Source of the DNA: Octopus vulgaris
Taxonomy: Eukaryota
DNA: 64,000 nucleotides
NCBI GenBank assembly: GCA_951406725.2
Contig: OX597815.1
Span: 124,001 to 188,000 of the forward strand
Reading direction: 5' to 3'
Part shown: piece after piece, positions 23,826 through 37,199 of the stretch
How the letters are laid out: every line of letters begins with the position of its first letter
Numbering within the stretch: position 1 is the first letter of the stretch
Position numbers and translations under genes: made by a program
The notes under the pieces: generated by a model
Seen by the model: only the letters and a program-made list of their open reading frames with translations
Told to the model about the DNA's origin: nothing
Database searches by the model: none

Positions 23826-26210
23826 TACATACTGATTAGCTACAGGATTCATTATAATCTAGGTGCATCAACACATAGGATGCCAAGACTGTTTGGATAC
23901 CATAACATTGCGTTCACAGTGAATAAAACAAACATTAGGTGTCATTTGTTGGTGACCTCTTTGCTCCTAAAATGTCTATTTACTTCTCCAATCTCACTAT
24001 AAACTCTGATTGTTCTTTTTTTAAATATCACTTATTCTTCATGTTAAATCCTTAATAGGTCATTACCAGGGTTTTACCTTGCCTGTTTATATGTTTAAAA
24101 TTTTATCTGAGGATGGTGGCTTTATGCAATTTGTAATTTATGAAGCATCAACGAAATGCTACCAAAACAGCTGTAGTAAATCTTAAACCCCATTTGTGTT
24201 CTTTTTATACATACTTACATATACATGTGTGTGACTTAATTTTTTGTGTTTTTTTTAAATATTGTTTGAGTAAAAGTACCATTGTTTACACTCTCCTGTA
24301 AATAAAGATATCTTAGTTGAGTGACCACATGTGAGGACCAGTGCAATAAGAATGGATGTAAAAAGAATGCTGATGAGTATATGTGTGTTTGTGTACATAC
24401 ACACACACACACACACACACATGACAGCCTTCTGCACAGTTTCCTTTTACCAAAATTCATTCATGAGGTATTCATCACCCAATATTATGGTTGATGACAA
24501 ACCCAGTACCATGTGATTACAAAATTAATTTGTTAACCACACAGCTATGTCTGTCACTCTTTGGTCATAATGCCATTGACAGGAATAAACTTGCAATATG
24601 TCTATTTTACCATTCCAAATCACAGTGAAAGTCAATTTTCTTCACTTACATTAATGTTTTCTTCAGGAAATGAATAAATGTCATATCATCATAAATCTAT
24701 GGCTTTGTTTCATTTTCTCTTCTTTTTTTTTGTGACATGTTGAGATTGTATAAAGCACAACTGAAATCTAAAAATTTAAATAATTAAGGTTGTTTTATAT
24801 GACTCCATGTAACCTACTGGCTGGAACATTCTAGAATACATCAGATATTGACTGCTAATTCCAGTTTCAACTGCTCATAATGAGCTTGTCACATTTTAAC
24901 ATGAAATACTGCTAATGAAGTGAATACGGTCTGCATCTGCACACATTGTGTGTGTGTGTGTGTGCATGCGTGCGTGTGTGTATGACTGTTTATGTGCAAC
25001 AAGTTTATTCACTGAGATGGTGATATTCAACATTTAATGTAACTTCACTAATTGTATTGAAAAACAACGCAGTAAAAGTTAGTTCACTTCTAAATTTGTT
25101 CTTTTTTTGACTTTGGTTGAAGTTCTCAGGGTCTTCGATGTAAATTACTCAGATTTAGTTTCAGAGATGAATGAGTTTGTTTTTTATCCAATGGAATTTA
25201 CATTTCAAATTATTCATTCTTTGAATTAATTTGAAAGCTTCTTTTTCAGATGTAAAATTTGAGTTGGAATTTGACTCTTTTAGCTGTGACACTAAATAGC
25301 CTCGAGTTGGCATGAAATGAAGCTTGTCACATCATCTGGAATACTAACTCATTATAGCAACAACAGTTCTACTATGAAATACAGCATTGTTTTACCTATT
25401 TACTGCTGCTGGATCAGTGTGGGAGAGGAGAGGCATTAGGCCACCACGTTGAAGGTGTCTTAAGCAATTGTATATTCGCTATGCTGCACCTATAAGACTT
25501 GGACAGTTTACAAATGTCACAGCAAAAAGCTAAACCTCTTCCCCATGAACTGCCTGAGAAAGATGATGAAAGTGATGTGGCAGGACTAAGGTCCTAGTCA
25601 TAGAGATCCTCTCTGGAGCTGATCTGCCAAGCATTTACACATTGCTGAGCAGAGCACAAATCAGGTGGGCAAGCCATTTTGTCCGAATGCCTGACACAAT
25701 GTGGACTGAAAAATTACTTCAAGGGCACATGCAAAGCCTCACTGAAGAGCTTTGGGATCAACCCTGACACCTAGAAATGCAAGCACAAAACTCTCCTTCC
25801 TGGTGAAGCTGCACCAACAGGTGTCACCTCCGATGAATTGAACAGGATTTCAGGGGCACCAAAAAATCCCCAAAAAACATAAACTATGCCAGTCCAGAGC
25901 CAATACCTTACCTTTAGTCCCAATAGACTGTCAGTGCCCAACCTGTGGCAGAGCCCGCCAAGCATGCATCGGACTAATGGGCCACAGTCAGACACATGTA
26001 CCCTATCTTCTTCCTCCATGAGATATCCATGGTCATCATTAACAATGACAGACAAACTAATAACAGATGAATTTACTTCTGTTGCTTTATCAAATGTTCA
26101 TTCTGTGTCCAATTGTTGTTCTTGTGGTTCAGAGTAGAATAGTGTCTTTGTTGTTTCTCTAACATATTGAAAATAATTTTAAAATACATTTTTGTCTACC
26201 ATGACAATAT

Positions 26211-26420
26211 TTAACCTTTCAGTATTTAAACCATTCATACCCAGCCCAAAATATTCTACCTGTTTTACATTCAGACTGACTAGATCCTACAATACCAGTC
26301 TAAAAATAAACAATCACATCACTGAAATCTCAAAGCTACAAGATAATTCATGATTAATTCAAAACGGAATAAATGAGCAGGACACTTGACGACAAGGTAA
26401 TCTGAATGCTAAAGAGTTAA
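26211..26420. mobile_element. piggyBac-type MITE (same family as 272-500, opposite orientation)
   Basis: TTAA-CCTTTCAGTA...TGCTAAAGAG-TTAA. Confidence 0.7.
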
Positions 26421-26639
26421 GGGTTACTTTAACACATTTATGCCCGTACATAAATGACGCACATACATTTGTGTACAAAAGGACATACACATCCACTGCA
26501 TGAGTGCAAGTTTATATACACTCACATGCCCACATATATGCACATACAGATGCATACACCAACCAATTCAGATATTCACAAACCCCAAGACCTGTCCTCA
26601 CTTAAACAAGTTCTGCCAGTTTGTGAGCAACTTGTTTGA

Positions 26640-27010
26640 ATTGTACGGGGCTAGCACCTATTGAAAGCTATACCAACCCCGAAACTGGATGTAACCTCAC
26701 AGAATCAAAGGTCCCACACTCTCAATCTTAAATAAGCTAGGGCTTAAGGACACCCAACTTTTCAATACCTTGCCAAAACACCTCAGAGATCTATGAGGCA
26801 CATATGTGAATGTATTCAAGTGGCACTTAAACTTTTATCTGAGCTACCAGATAAACTAATGGCAAGAAACACAAATAAGGGTGTCTTTGTTCAACTCATT
26901 AATTCACCAGGACCAAACATTAAGAGAAGCCACTGAGAATGAAATGAAATAAGCCAGCAATCACCTAATTGGTGGTACTGCAGCATGGTCACAGACTCTG
27001 GCTGAAACAT
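26640..27010 (+). mobile_element. Degraded CR1-type LINE 3' end
   Basis: IESYTNPETG; LGLKDTQL/FNTLPKHLRDL; FKWHL; tail GGTGGTACTGCAGCATGGTCACAG..GCTGAAAC. Confidence 0.6.
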
Positions 27011-27077
27011 ATAATAATGTGACTATTTTTATACACTTATATGTTTATATAGATGTTTGTGCTGGTATGGTCATGTA

Positions 27078-27430
27078 CTATGAATGTGTGAAGAAGTGCC
27101 ACTCCCTAACAGTTGAAGGAATCCGGGGTAGAGGTAGACCCAGGAAGACATGGGATGAGGTGGTCAAGCATGACCTTCGAAGTTGGGCCTCACAGAGGCA
27201 ATGATGAAAGACTGAGACCTCTGGAGATATGTTGTGACTGCGAAGACCCAACAAATAAAGTGAGTTCATGGCTGGCAGGACGTCCTGCGGTGCTTACCTT
27301 GGATTGTAGGGTGACCTGCTGTACTTGAGGAGACCTATTGAGTCAAGTACATCAACATCAAAATACATTATACTCTCATCTGGGCTATACATGAATGGAA
27401 AAATGGACATTAAAACAACAATGACAATGA
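27078..27430 (+). mobile_element. RTE LINE 3' fragment
   Basis: CVKKCHSLTVEGIRGRGRPRKTWDEVVKHDLR; tail remnant at about 27390-27430. Confidence 0.85.
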
Positions 27431-27453
27431 GAATGGTAGATGTGCATGCCTGT

Positions 27454-29225
27454 GTTAGTTAGTTAGTTAGTTAATTTGGCTCAAAAGCAAATAGCAAGGC
27501 CATGTAGGGGGACATGGAGTTACGTACAGGGTGGTGTTCATGTAAAGAGTTCAGGCCACTTGAGGTCCAGGGAGGCTTTGAACAAAGCGGTCATCGGCAT
27601 CTTCACCATCTCGTCTGGCAGCTTGTTCCACGGATCCGCAACCCAGACGGAGAAAGCTCCTCTCCTCCGATTGAGATGAAATCGTCGCAGGTAGAACTTT
27701 TCGGAATGACCCCGCAGCCGACGCTCTGGAGCAGGAGTGAAGAACAGCTCTTTCGAGAGGTTACACTTTCCGCTTATGATGTGGGCGAGAATGAGATCAC
27801 CACGGCGGCGGCGTTTTTCAAGAGAATAAAGGTCGAGCGTCCTCAGCCTTTCTTCGTAGGACAAATTTTTGAGACCATGAACCATGCGGGTAGCCAGCTT
27901 CTGGACTCTTTCGAGATGCTGTATGTCTTTGAGGAGATAAGGAGAAGAGGCTTGAATCCCATACTCCAATATGGGTCTCACCAGCGTGACATAGAGTGGT
28001 AGGAATATGGCTGCTGTGAGCATTCCGAATGACCGTCGAATCAAGAACAGAATTCCGCGTGCTTTGTTGGCAGCATGGACGCACTGGGCCGAAGGTGAAA
28101 AGGAGGAATCCACCAAGATACCCAGGTCCTTTACCTGATCGGTCCTCTCCAGCAGCAGACGACCCGGCTCGAAATCCAGTTGAGTTGCAGGAGTAGAGCC
28201 GACAGGCAGATGACAGCACTTTGACACGTTCAGACACAGGTGCCAATCGTTAGACCACTTCCAAATTTGGTGGAGGCATCGACGAAGATCCTCTATATTA
28301 CCGCGAGGAGCGACCAGTTTGATATCGTTGGCAAATAGAAGGGTGTGTTGCGTGAGGTCGTCGGGCAAGTCATTTATGAAGACTAAGAACAACAAGGGCC
28401 CAAGCACTGAACCTTGAGGCACGCCACTGCTCGCACTGGAGACGTCGGACCGCGAACCATTAACTTGGACTTGGAAGGAGCGATCTGAGAGGAAGGCACC
28501 AACCCATCGTATAATATCTGGATGGAAACTATATGCTTGAAGCTTGACAAGTAATAGGCGGTGGTTTACCGAGTCAAAAGCTTTGGCAAAGTCCAATAAA
28601 ACGATGTCAACAGCATCACTATCATCGAGGATGCGTGTCACCAATTCTTCCATTACTAGTAAGTTGGTCAAGCATGATCTCTTCGGCACGAAGCCGTGTT
28701 GGGAATCAGAGATAGAGGCTGTGTTTAGGAGGTGGAGCATCATACTTTTCTTAAGGATGGTTTCGAACATCTTGCTGATTATTGATGTAAGGGAAACCGG
28801 TCGGTAGTTAAGCGGGTCTTCGCGGCTCCCTTTCTTGAAAATTGGGCAGATTATCGCTGTTCTCCAGTCTGCAGGTATAACACCCGTCGCCAATGACATA
28901 TTGAATAGTCGTGTTAAGGGCTCGCAGATGACCGGAGCCAACGCTTTGATAACCCGTGGGTGTATGCCGTCAGGGCCGTGACCCTTGTTGACATCGAGGC
29001 CTTGAATAACACGTTTGACTTTGTCCCGCGTGATGACCAATCGAAGCATTGGAGGTACCGATCTATCAAATGGAGGGGGTTTACGACCATCATCTTGTTT
29101 GAAAATAGTTGAAAAAGCCTCGGCAAATAATTGACTCTGTTGATAAGAGTCCTCAATCGATACGCCTGTTGAGTCTACCAACGTTGCAATCTGGTTGTTC
29201 AAGCAGGAATTCCGCTGGACATGTT
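27454..29225 (-). mobile_element. Young 5'-truncated CR1-clade LINE with (TAAC)n tail
   Basis: Open RT ORF, ~60-nt 3' UTR, tail reads (GTTA)n on plus strand; CpG-rich relative to flanks. Confidence 0.92.
27538..29202 (-). CDS. CR1 ORF2 fragment, reverse transcriptase (554 aa; catalytic FADD reads FAND)
   Basis: [82 protein letters not shown]. Confidence 0.9.
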   Translation of the reverse strand: MNNQIATLVDSTGVSIEDSYQQSQLFAEAFSTIFKQDDGRKPPPFDRSVPPMLRLVITRDKVKRVIQGLDVNKGHGPDGIHPRVIKALAPVICEPLTRLFNMSLATGVIPADWRTAIICPIFKKGSREDPLNYRPVSLTSIISKMFETILKKSMMLHLLNTASISDSQHGFVPKRSCLTNLLVMEELVTRILDDSDAVDIVLLDFAKAFDSVNHRLLLVKLQAYSFHPDIIRWVGAFLSDRSFQVQVNGSRSDVSSASSGVPQGSVLGPLLFLVFINDLPDDLTQHTLLFANDIKLVAPRGNIEDLRRCLHQIWKWSNDWHLCLNVSKCCHLPVGSTPATQLDFEPGRLLLERTDQVKDLGILVDSSFSPSAQCVHAANKARGILFLIRRSFGMLTAAIFLPLYVTLVRPILEYGIQASSPYLLKDIQHLERVQKLATRMVHGLKNLSYEERLRTLDLYSLEKRRRRGDLILAHIISGKCNLSKELFFTPAPERRLRGHSEKFYLRRFHLNRRRGAFSVWVADPWNKLPDEMVKMPMTALFKASLDLKWPELFT

Positions 29226-29265
29226 TATCTGTCTATCTATCTCTATCTCTTTCTCTCCCTCTCTC

Positions 29266-29410
<145 letters not shown>

Positions 29411-29534
29411 ATGTGTGTGTATTAACCCATGCTAGCATGGAAAGCGGACGTTAAAAGATGATGATGATGATATATATTTATATGTATGTATGTATGTATG
29501 CATGTATGTATGTATGTTTTGTATACACACGCAC

Positions 29535-29757
29535 AAATGTGTGTGTGTGGGTATGTATTTGACCCCCACCACCACTTGATGACTGGTGTTGTTTTGTTTA
29601 CATCCTTGTAATTTAACAGCTAGGCAAAAGATATTGATAGAATAAGTACCAGGTTTAAAAAAATGAAAAAAAGTACAAGGGTCAATTAGATTAAAGCCCT
29701 CCAAAGTGGTGCCCCAACATAGCCACAGTCAAATGACTGAAACAAGTAAAAGAAAAG
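29535..29757 (+). mobile_element. SINE family B, 3' half
   Basis: CCACCACTTGATGACTGGTGTTG..GATAGAATAAGTACCAGG..GGTGCCCCAACATAGCCACAGTCAAATGACTGAAACAAGTAAAAG. Confidence 0.75.
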
Positions 29758-29772
29758 TTAAGTACGTATATA

Positions 29773-29816
<44 letters not shown>

Positions 29817-30582
29817 TATATATCCATATATATGTATGGTCACTAGTTTTTTTATCCTGTCTCTTGTTTTTTTTTTTTTTTTTTAGAAAGAGTTGAGGAC
29901 ATTGACTGAAAGTTGATGTCTGCATTGTAAGACAATGGTAGCAGCAATAGTTGTAGTAGTAGAAGTGGTGTGTGACACGGTTTGTATTTGGAGGAAGAAT
30001 AACTGATTCCAGTTCCAGTCTGATGCCTAATTCCATCTGTTTGTTGTTTGTTGATTCCACAACTAAACTTGCCTCTGCGTATCTGATAACAGCAAATCTT
30101 ACTTCCCAAAATATGGTTCAGTACCTCTCTCTCCCCCTCTGTCTCTTTTCGTCTCTCTCTTTCCCCTTCTCTCTCTTTTCATCTCTCTCTTTCCCCCTCT
30201 CTCTTGCTCTCTTTCCTTCATACTATCAATTACATCTGCTATCTTGCTATCCTATGTGGTGGTGTATATTAAGACAGTGGTATATGTGTGCAGGAGTATT
30301 ATTGTTGTTGTTATAGTGTGTTGGAAGAGGATAGGCAGTTCTCATCCCTGCCTTTGTTGTTGTTTTTGTCTGTTTTGTTTAAGATTCCCTTCATTAGAGT
30401 TGGGTGTATAAGACAAATGGGTGAGGTCAATGTAGTTCATGTGGAGGGGAGAATTCTTGAGAGAGACATAGGGTGGGGGAGGCAGTTTTTGAAGGGTGCA
30501 CTTCTCTTAAGACTGGATGGTTGGGGCCAAGTCACTGGTCTGGGGAATGGGAGATAAAGGCATAGTAAGGATGATGGCTGGA

Positions 30583-30623
<41 letters not shown>

Positions 30624-31715
30624 ACTTACATGTGGGTGCAGTGAGTGGATCAAATAGGTTGGTTTGCAGTGTTAGGATAGAATAAAGCCTTCTCTGATAG
30701 GATTACACAACAGACTCTCTGTCAGTCTGCTTTATGAGTGTTTTGTGTCAGAATGGAGAAAATAAAGTAATTTTCATGACAGATGGTGAAGGTGGTTTTA
30801 GTGTGTGTGTGTGTGTCTGCGTGTGCGCATGTGTGTATGTGTGTGTGTGTGTGCGTGTGCGTGTGCGCATGTGTGTGTGTGTGTGTGTGCGCGTGTGCAC
30901 ATGTGCTTAGTGAAAGTATACATGTAAGCACTCACACACACAAAGAACCAATCCCTTCACTTATTGTGGCTACAGGAAGAAAAGCAGGGTGAGAAATCTC
31001 ACCACCCACTCTCTCAGCTTCTTCAGTTTATGACTGAGTTGTGTAGCCCAACCCTAACCGTATGAAATCTGTTGGCAATGTTATATAGCCACACACACAC
31101 ACATATCAACACACATATATCTACATGTGTATATATATAACTATTCTAGTAGCAGTATGTAAATCTGTGCCCATCTACATGTGTGTGCGTGTGATGGTAT
31201 GTACAAATGTTTTGTGTGGGCATGAATGGAGTGGCTGTGCAAATGTTTTTTTTTGTTTGATTTTTTTTGCTGTAAAACTGAGGTAGTTTCCTAAATCTAG
31301 ATGAAAAAGGGGAAAGTATTTTGGGGTGGAGGGAAAACAAAAACAGAAAGAAACATTTTTTCAGCTATTTAAATGTCAGTTATATTTTTTTTATGAGTTT
31401 AAATTTGGATTTCATTTAAAAACCTATATCCATCATTATCATCATCATCATATCTTATATATATATTTAAAAATATCAATTTTGTGTTTATTTAAACATT
31501 TTAGGAGGTTGAAAAATTGGAGTTTAATGTAACATATAGACTGATGCTGATGCTGATGGTGGTGGTGGTGGTGAGGGACCATACCTAATGTGAAGTGCAT
31601 CCTATACTTGATGGAGAGAGAGAGGGTATAGACAAGTGTAAGTCAATTGTTTTAGTTCATTAATTAACCATTAATTAACAATATGAGAAATAGGAAGATA
31701 AAGTGAAGGAGAGAA

Positions 31716-32032
31716 GTTGTTTAGCCCTAGGTCAGCCCTGATTGAACAGACTACTAATCAAAGACTCTCCACTCATGATTCTCTTGTTTATCTGTTTAGC
31801 TAGAATCATGTCTTGTATCTACTTTCATTTTAAAGTGTGATTTAAGAGAAATTTTAGCCTCTAAATGATTGCTGGACCTGCTAGAAATAGCAGTCAATCT
31901 GCTTCAATTTACACCCTACTGTCTGAAAGAAAGGGATACATTTAACAATGTAGTATTAAAGATACACCTTGGTTTCATTTGATCATAGGTCTGTTTGAAC
32001 AAGGTTGACCACTGCTAAACAACATCAGCAAC
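31716..32032. repeat. Head-to-head inverted pair of family D repeats
   Basis: GTTGTTTAGCCCTAGGTCAGCCCTGATTGAACAGAC (minus copy) vs GTCTGTTTGAACAAGGTTGACCACTGCTAAACAAC (plus copy). Confidence 0.6.
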
Positions 32033-32289
32033 TCTTTTGATGTTAGAATTTCTGGTAGAATATGTCATCATTGGAATGGATTGACTTCATTCCACAGAAA
32101 TTAGTCTCTGTTAAATGTGAAACTTGTTTATGCTGCAGAGAAATAGGAACTGGTGGTGGTGGTGGTGGGTGTTCTGTTCTAATTGCTACTTCAATTAGTT
32201 TCTACTAAAATGTCTTTGAAACACAATGGAAGAATGAAATTCCAATATTTTTAGTTGTTCTATTGACTAATGTAGAACAGGAGTGATTT

Positions 32290-32490
32290 TGCTGCTCATA
32301 GAATTACTAGCATGTTGTGCAAAATACTCTGCTGTATTCTTTTCAGAGTTGAAATTCCACTTGAGTCGACTTTGCTTTTTATCTGTCCAGGGTTGATAAA
32401 ATAAAGTACCAGTCATGTACAAGGGTTAATGGTATTGACTAATAACTGACCTAAAAACTGCTGACTTGTCCCAAAACTATTAATATTGTG
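32290..32490 (+). mobile_element. SINE with Nin/Deu-like core, degraded
   Basis: GTCGACTTTGCTTTTTATC..GATAAAATAAAGTACCAG. Confidence 0.6.
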
Positions 32491-33064
32491 AATGTTGGGA
32501 AATTCTCAACTGTGGCTGTGAGGGTTGCCTGAAGCCCTCAAGCACACTTCTGGTGGCCTTCCCTCTAGAAATATAAATTTTTCTTTAATTGATTTGTGTT
32601 TTACTTTTTTTGGTGTGGGCTCCCTAAAACAATCCAGATGTTAGATCTGGCCAGGATATTAAAAAAATATTGAGATATGTGCAAGTATACACACCCATAT
32701 GCATATGCAGAGATGGGCAAGTACACATACAGGCATACATAGAGATGTGCAACTACATACACACATATAGAAATGTACAAATATACATAAGCACATGCAC
32801 ACATATACAGCAGTGTGTATATACTTACATACAACTGTTTTCCATTCCCCTGCCACCACTCTCATCACTTAAACCCATCTTGAAGCCTATGTATTGGTCC
32901 TATATTTATAGGGCCCCTTGTGCCCAGTTTACTCTACTTCTACCCTTCTATCATGTCCTGCATGTCATCATCCTATATTCACTCTGAGTGCCAGCACACT
33001 CATGATCTTTCTCACTCATTCATCCTAGGTCTATGTCATCACTGTGGATCATGTAATAATAGAA

Positions 33065-33257
33065 TATAATAATAATGAAATTATTGTGTATAATGTTCAG
33101 GTGCGCTACAACTTATCAAAGGTCCATGTATGGTACATAGAATTACGTGCAAATGTCAGGAAAGTGAACAGTGTATGAGTCATGATATACCGGTGTGCTT
33201 GCATATGGAGGGGAGGATAGGGGGATATCAGGTGTAGTGTTGGCGAATTTCAGGAAG
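33065..33257 (-). mobile_element. Probable LINE (CR1-like) extreme 3' end
   Basis: LPEIRQHYT* followed by a UTR-like stretch and T/ATT-rich tail; fused to the RTE fragment. Confidence 0.4.
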
Positions 33258-33985
33258 TAAGGGCCTCTCGCTCAGAGTAAAAGGTAGACTGTATGACGCA
33301 TGTGTACGAACAGCCATGCTACCTGGCAGTGAAACATGGGCCATAACTGCTGAGGACATGCGTAAGCTCACAAGGAATGAAGCCAGTATGCTCCGATGGA
33401 TGTGTAATGTCAGTGTGCTTACTCGACTGAGTGTAAGTACCTTGAGAGAAAAGTTGGACATAAGAAGCATCAGATGTGGTGTGCAAGGGAGACAACTGCG
33501 CTGGTATGGTCATGTGGCAAGAATGGATGAGGACAGCTGTGTGAAAAAGTGCCACACCCTAGAGGTTGAGGGAGCCTGTGGAAGTGGTAGACCCAGGAAG
33601 ACCTGGGATGAAGTAGTGAAGCACGACCTTCGAACATTAGGCCTTACCGAGGCAATGACTAGTGACCGAGACCTTCAGAAATATGCTGTATGTGAGAAGA
33701 CCCGGCAAGCCAAGTGAGACCATAACCTCGTGGCCTATACCAGTGGGTGTAACCAGACCATTTATGCATACCTTTCTTTCTTTGGACACTAAACTCTGCC
33801 TGTGAAGACCTGTTGAGGCAAGTGAAATCGAAATCAAATTTGATGACTGGCATCCATGCTAGTGGGGCACTAAGAGCACCATCTAAGCATGATCGTTGAC
33901 AGAGCGGCTAATTGGCTTCTGTGCCTGTGGCACGTAAAAGGTACCATTCGAGTGTGATCATTACCAGTGTCACCTTACTTGCATA
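33257..33985 (+). mobile_element. RTE LINE 3' fragment
   Basis: GSETWAITAEDMRKL..LRWYGHVARMDE..GRPRKTWDEVV; 3'-UTR motif repeats. Confidence 0.9.
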
Positions 33986-34006
33986 TACCTTACTTACTTA
34001 TATATA

Positions 34007-34149
34007 TATCTGTAAATATAATATCTGATAATTATTTGGTAGCCATGATAAAACTCTGAGTTTCGGATGTCAAGGCGGAACTCCGGCATCCGAAACTCGG
34101 AGTTTTATCTTGGCTACCAAATAATTGTCACATATTATATTTACAGATA
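34007..34149. repeat. 143-bp palindrome (65-bp arms, 13-nt loop)
   Basis: Arms 34007-34071 and 34085-34149 are reverse complements with 5 mismatches. Confidence 0.95.
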
Positions 34150-34206
34150 AATTCCTCTATTTACACAATATTGTGGTCTCTTTCATTCTCTTGTTGTCTT
34201 GCCATT

Positions 34207-34247
<41 letters not shown>

Positions 34248-34417
34248 GTATATACATGCTTGTGGTTGGATGGATGGATGGATGGATGAGTGTAAGGGTT
34301 AAAAATCGGAAACAGATCTGTTTGTAGAATATGTGTTGACGTTAATTTAATGATGTTGATGATGATAATATATTTTGTGTGTGTGTATGAATGTTTACAT
34401 GTGTATGTGTGTATAAG

Positions 34418-34469
<52 letters not shown>

Positions 34470-35713
34470 TTTACATTCAATTTAAAGGCTTACTGTCCAC
34501 CAGTAATTAAGATGGTCATATGTTCATTACTGTTAATTGCTTCTAGTCTGTACGTTTGCTTCATTATGAGGAAGCATCTGAGTGGGATGACACACCCTTC
34601 CAACTCTACCCCTTTCAACCAAAAGTTGCCCTGTACTTTTACATCTCTAGTGCCTTCCAGATGACAGTGTTCAATGGAACTCTAATTGAAACCAATCTAT
34701 TTCATTCTGCTTCAGAAGTTCGTTACATTAATTAATAATTAGCATTAATTGAATACCAACAAAATATTTTAGTCAGTTGTAATTGAAACGAGCTTCAAAA
34801 TAAAACAAATTTTAATAATAGATTCTGTATTACAATATATATTCATGTGCATGTAAATGTTCATTGAGGTTTGTGTGCGCACGCGCGCGTGTGTGTGTGT
34901 GTACATGTGTGTCTGTTGTAATTCTATAAAGGTCATTCTGCTGATTCTACCAAAGATTTCATTTTATATTGAAGCCAATCACTCCATTGATTCATGACAA
35001 ATTGCTTCTATGAGTAGGAAGTGAAATGACTTAACTAAGAATTGAACCCATATCTTAAAATTGCCATGCCAGTAGTTCTCCACCATTACTTTACTACATT
35101 CACTTACCCCCAAATTTTTATATATTTATTGTATTGGGCTGAAATACGAGTGTCTTCTAGGGACAGATACACATAGTTTATTGAAACATTTGAGATACAC
35201 AACTTTTGTAATTTTCTCTGGGAATACTCAGTGATTAATCCATTTTTTTTTACTGGTTTCAGTCATTGAACTGTGGCCAAACTGGGGCACCACCTTCTAC
35301 AATGTAGTCTACATCTACTCTAGTATTTATCAACCACCTCTGGTTCTATGATATAAAATTCCTACTTTACAATGTTTCTATTCAAATTAAAACCTTTCAT
35401 TGTAATTTTGATTAAGATACTTTTGTTATGTTCCAAACATCTGCTTTAAAAGGAAAATGCTATTTTATTATTAATTCTTCCAAATTATTGACTACTTAAT
35501 AATTAATTGAAACGTAGAAGCAATGGTTTTTGTTAGAAATGTGGTCACAGAACATTAAAAGTGGATACTACAGGTTACTACAATTCGAATTGTAGCAGTG
35601 TTTGGTAACCAAGGAACAGAAACTAATCATTCTTCTGTGGGAGAAACAAAGTTTAGCCTCATTTTAGTAAGAACTTCCTGTTGAAAGACTTTTTTTTTCC
35701 ACCATTAGTATTT

Positions 35714-36066
35714 CATCATCATCATCATCATCGTTTAACGTCTGCTTTCCATGCTTGCATACGTGTTGGACGATTTTGACTGAGGGCTGGCGAACCAGAT
35801 GGCTGCACCAGGCTCCAATCTTGATTTGGCAGAGTTTCTACAGCTGGATGCCCTTCCTAACGCTAACCACTCCGAGAGTGTAGTGGGTGCTTTTTACATG
35901 CCACCGGCACGGGGGCCAGTCAGGCGGTACTGGTAATGACCTTGCTCAAATCTTTTTACACATGCCACCAGCACAGGTGCCCAGTAAGGCGATGTTGGTA
36001 ACGATCACATTCAAATGATGCCCTTTTACGTGCCACTGGCACGGGAGCCACTTGGCTGCTCTGGCG
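35714..36066 (-). mobile_element. RTE 3'-UTR/tail copy with three motif units
   Basis: (CAT)n tail, GGATGCCCTTCC module and repeated TTTTACRTGCCA. Confidence 0.85.
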
Positions 36067-36605
36067 GTTTTTTTTTATTCAGTGAATTTATTTACATATT
36101 CTTATTGCTTCAATATTTTGAGCATCTTGGTTGGGTACTTAACTATTTTGTTACCTTATTTTTTTAAAAATTCACTGCCTTTGTTTTCGTTAATTTAGAA
36201 AATAATGCAGAATTTAATAAAATAACTGCCTTTATTAAGTTAGTGTTTGAAACCAATTAACATAAAATTTTAAAGGGAAGTGTTTATATTGCTTTAAAAG
36301 AGAAATTTGTATTGTGGAACCAAAATTAGTCTCAGGTGAGTTAGTGTTAACGGAATTAACATAAAATTAAGGCTCGTTTACCCTTCTTAAGTTCTTTTCA
36401 CTCTTTAACCAACATATAGTTTGTGTTCTACAAATCCTAAAAAGGAGGCCTGAAAGTGAGCCTAATCACCCATAGTTACTACTGTCCTATTCTGCTGCCA
36501 TTTTTCTATTCAATCTCCTTACCAACAACCAGGATGTAGCTATTACTATCTCTCTTTCTTTACTTTTTCTACACAATTCTTTTTCTCTGTTGCCCCCTCC
36601 CTCCA

Positions 36606-37120
36606 CATCATCATCATCATCATCATTTAACATCTGTCTTCCATGCTGGCATAGGCTGGATGGTTTGACAGGAGCTGGCTACACAGAAAATTGCACCTTG
36701 CTTCAGTGCCTGTTTTGACAGGGTCTTCATGACTGGATGCCCTTCCTAACACAAACCACCCTGCAGAGAGGACTGTGCTTTTTACATGGCACCAGCACAG
36801 GGGAAGTCAGTTTTGGCAGATTTTTTTTTATAGCTGGGTGCCCTTCCAAATGCCAATCACTTTATAGTGTGAACTGGATGCTTTTTACATGGCACCAGCA
36901 CTGGCAGGGTCACCAAGTAACATATAATTTTTCTTGTTAAGTGACATTATAAAATGCACTCAGTAAAATGGTTAGCGTTCGGAAGGGTATCCAGCCATGG
37001 AACCAAGCCGAATGTAAGAACTTCTTTGTTCTATTTAGGAGGGGGGCAGTAATTCAAAATAAGGATGATTTGGACTGTGTCAATACATCCAACCTATGCC
37101 AACATGGGAAGCAGATGTAA
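36606..37120. mobile_element. Diverged RTE-tail copies in inverted arrangement
   Basis: Minus copy 36606-36925; plus copy about 36940-37120 (GTTAGCGTTCGGAAGGGTATCCAGCC..CCAACCTATGCCAACATGG). Confidence 0.6.
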
Positions 37121-37199
37121 AGCGATTAGCAATACGGCTGATGTTCTGTTCTCATCACCACATTGTTATTTCTAATAAGATGTTTGATAGACTGCATTA

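Noticed and set aside
25250-25299. Terminal coding exon (VKFELEFDSFSCDTK*) after an acceptor
   Set aside because: Too short, no recognisable homology and no supported upstream exons.
27476-29156. Plus-strand and alternative-frame ORFs over the CR1
   Set aside because: Shadow ORFs of the GC-rich RT coding sequence.
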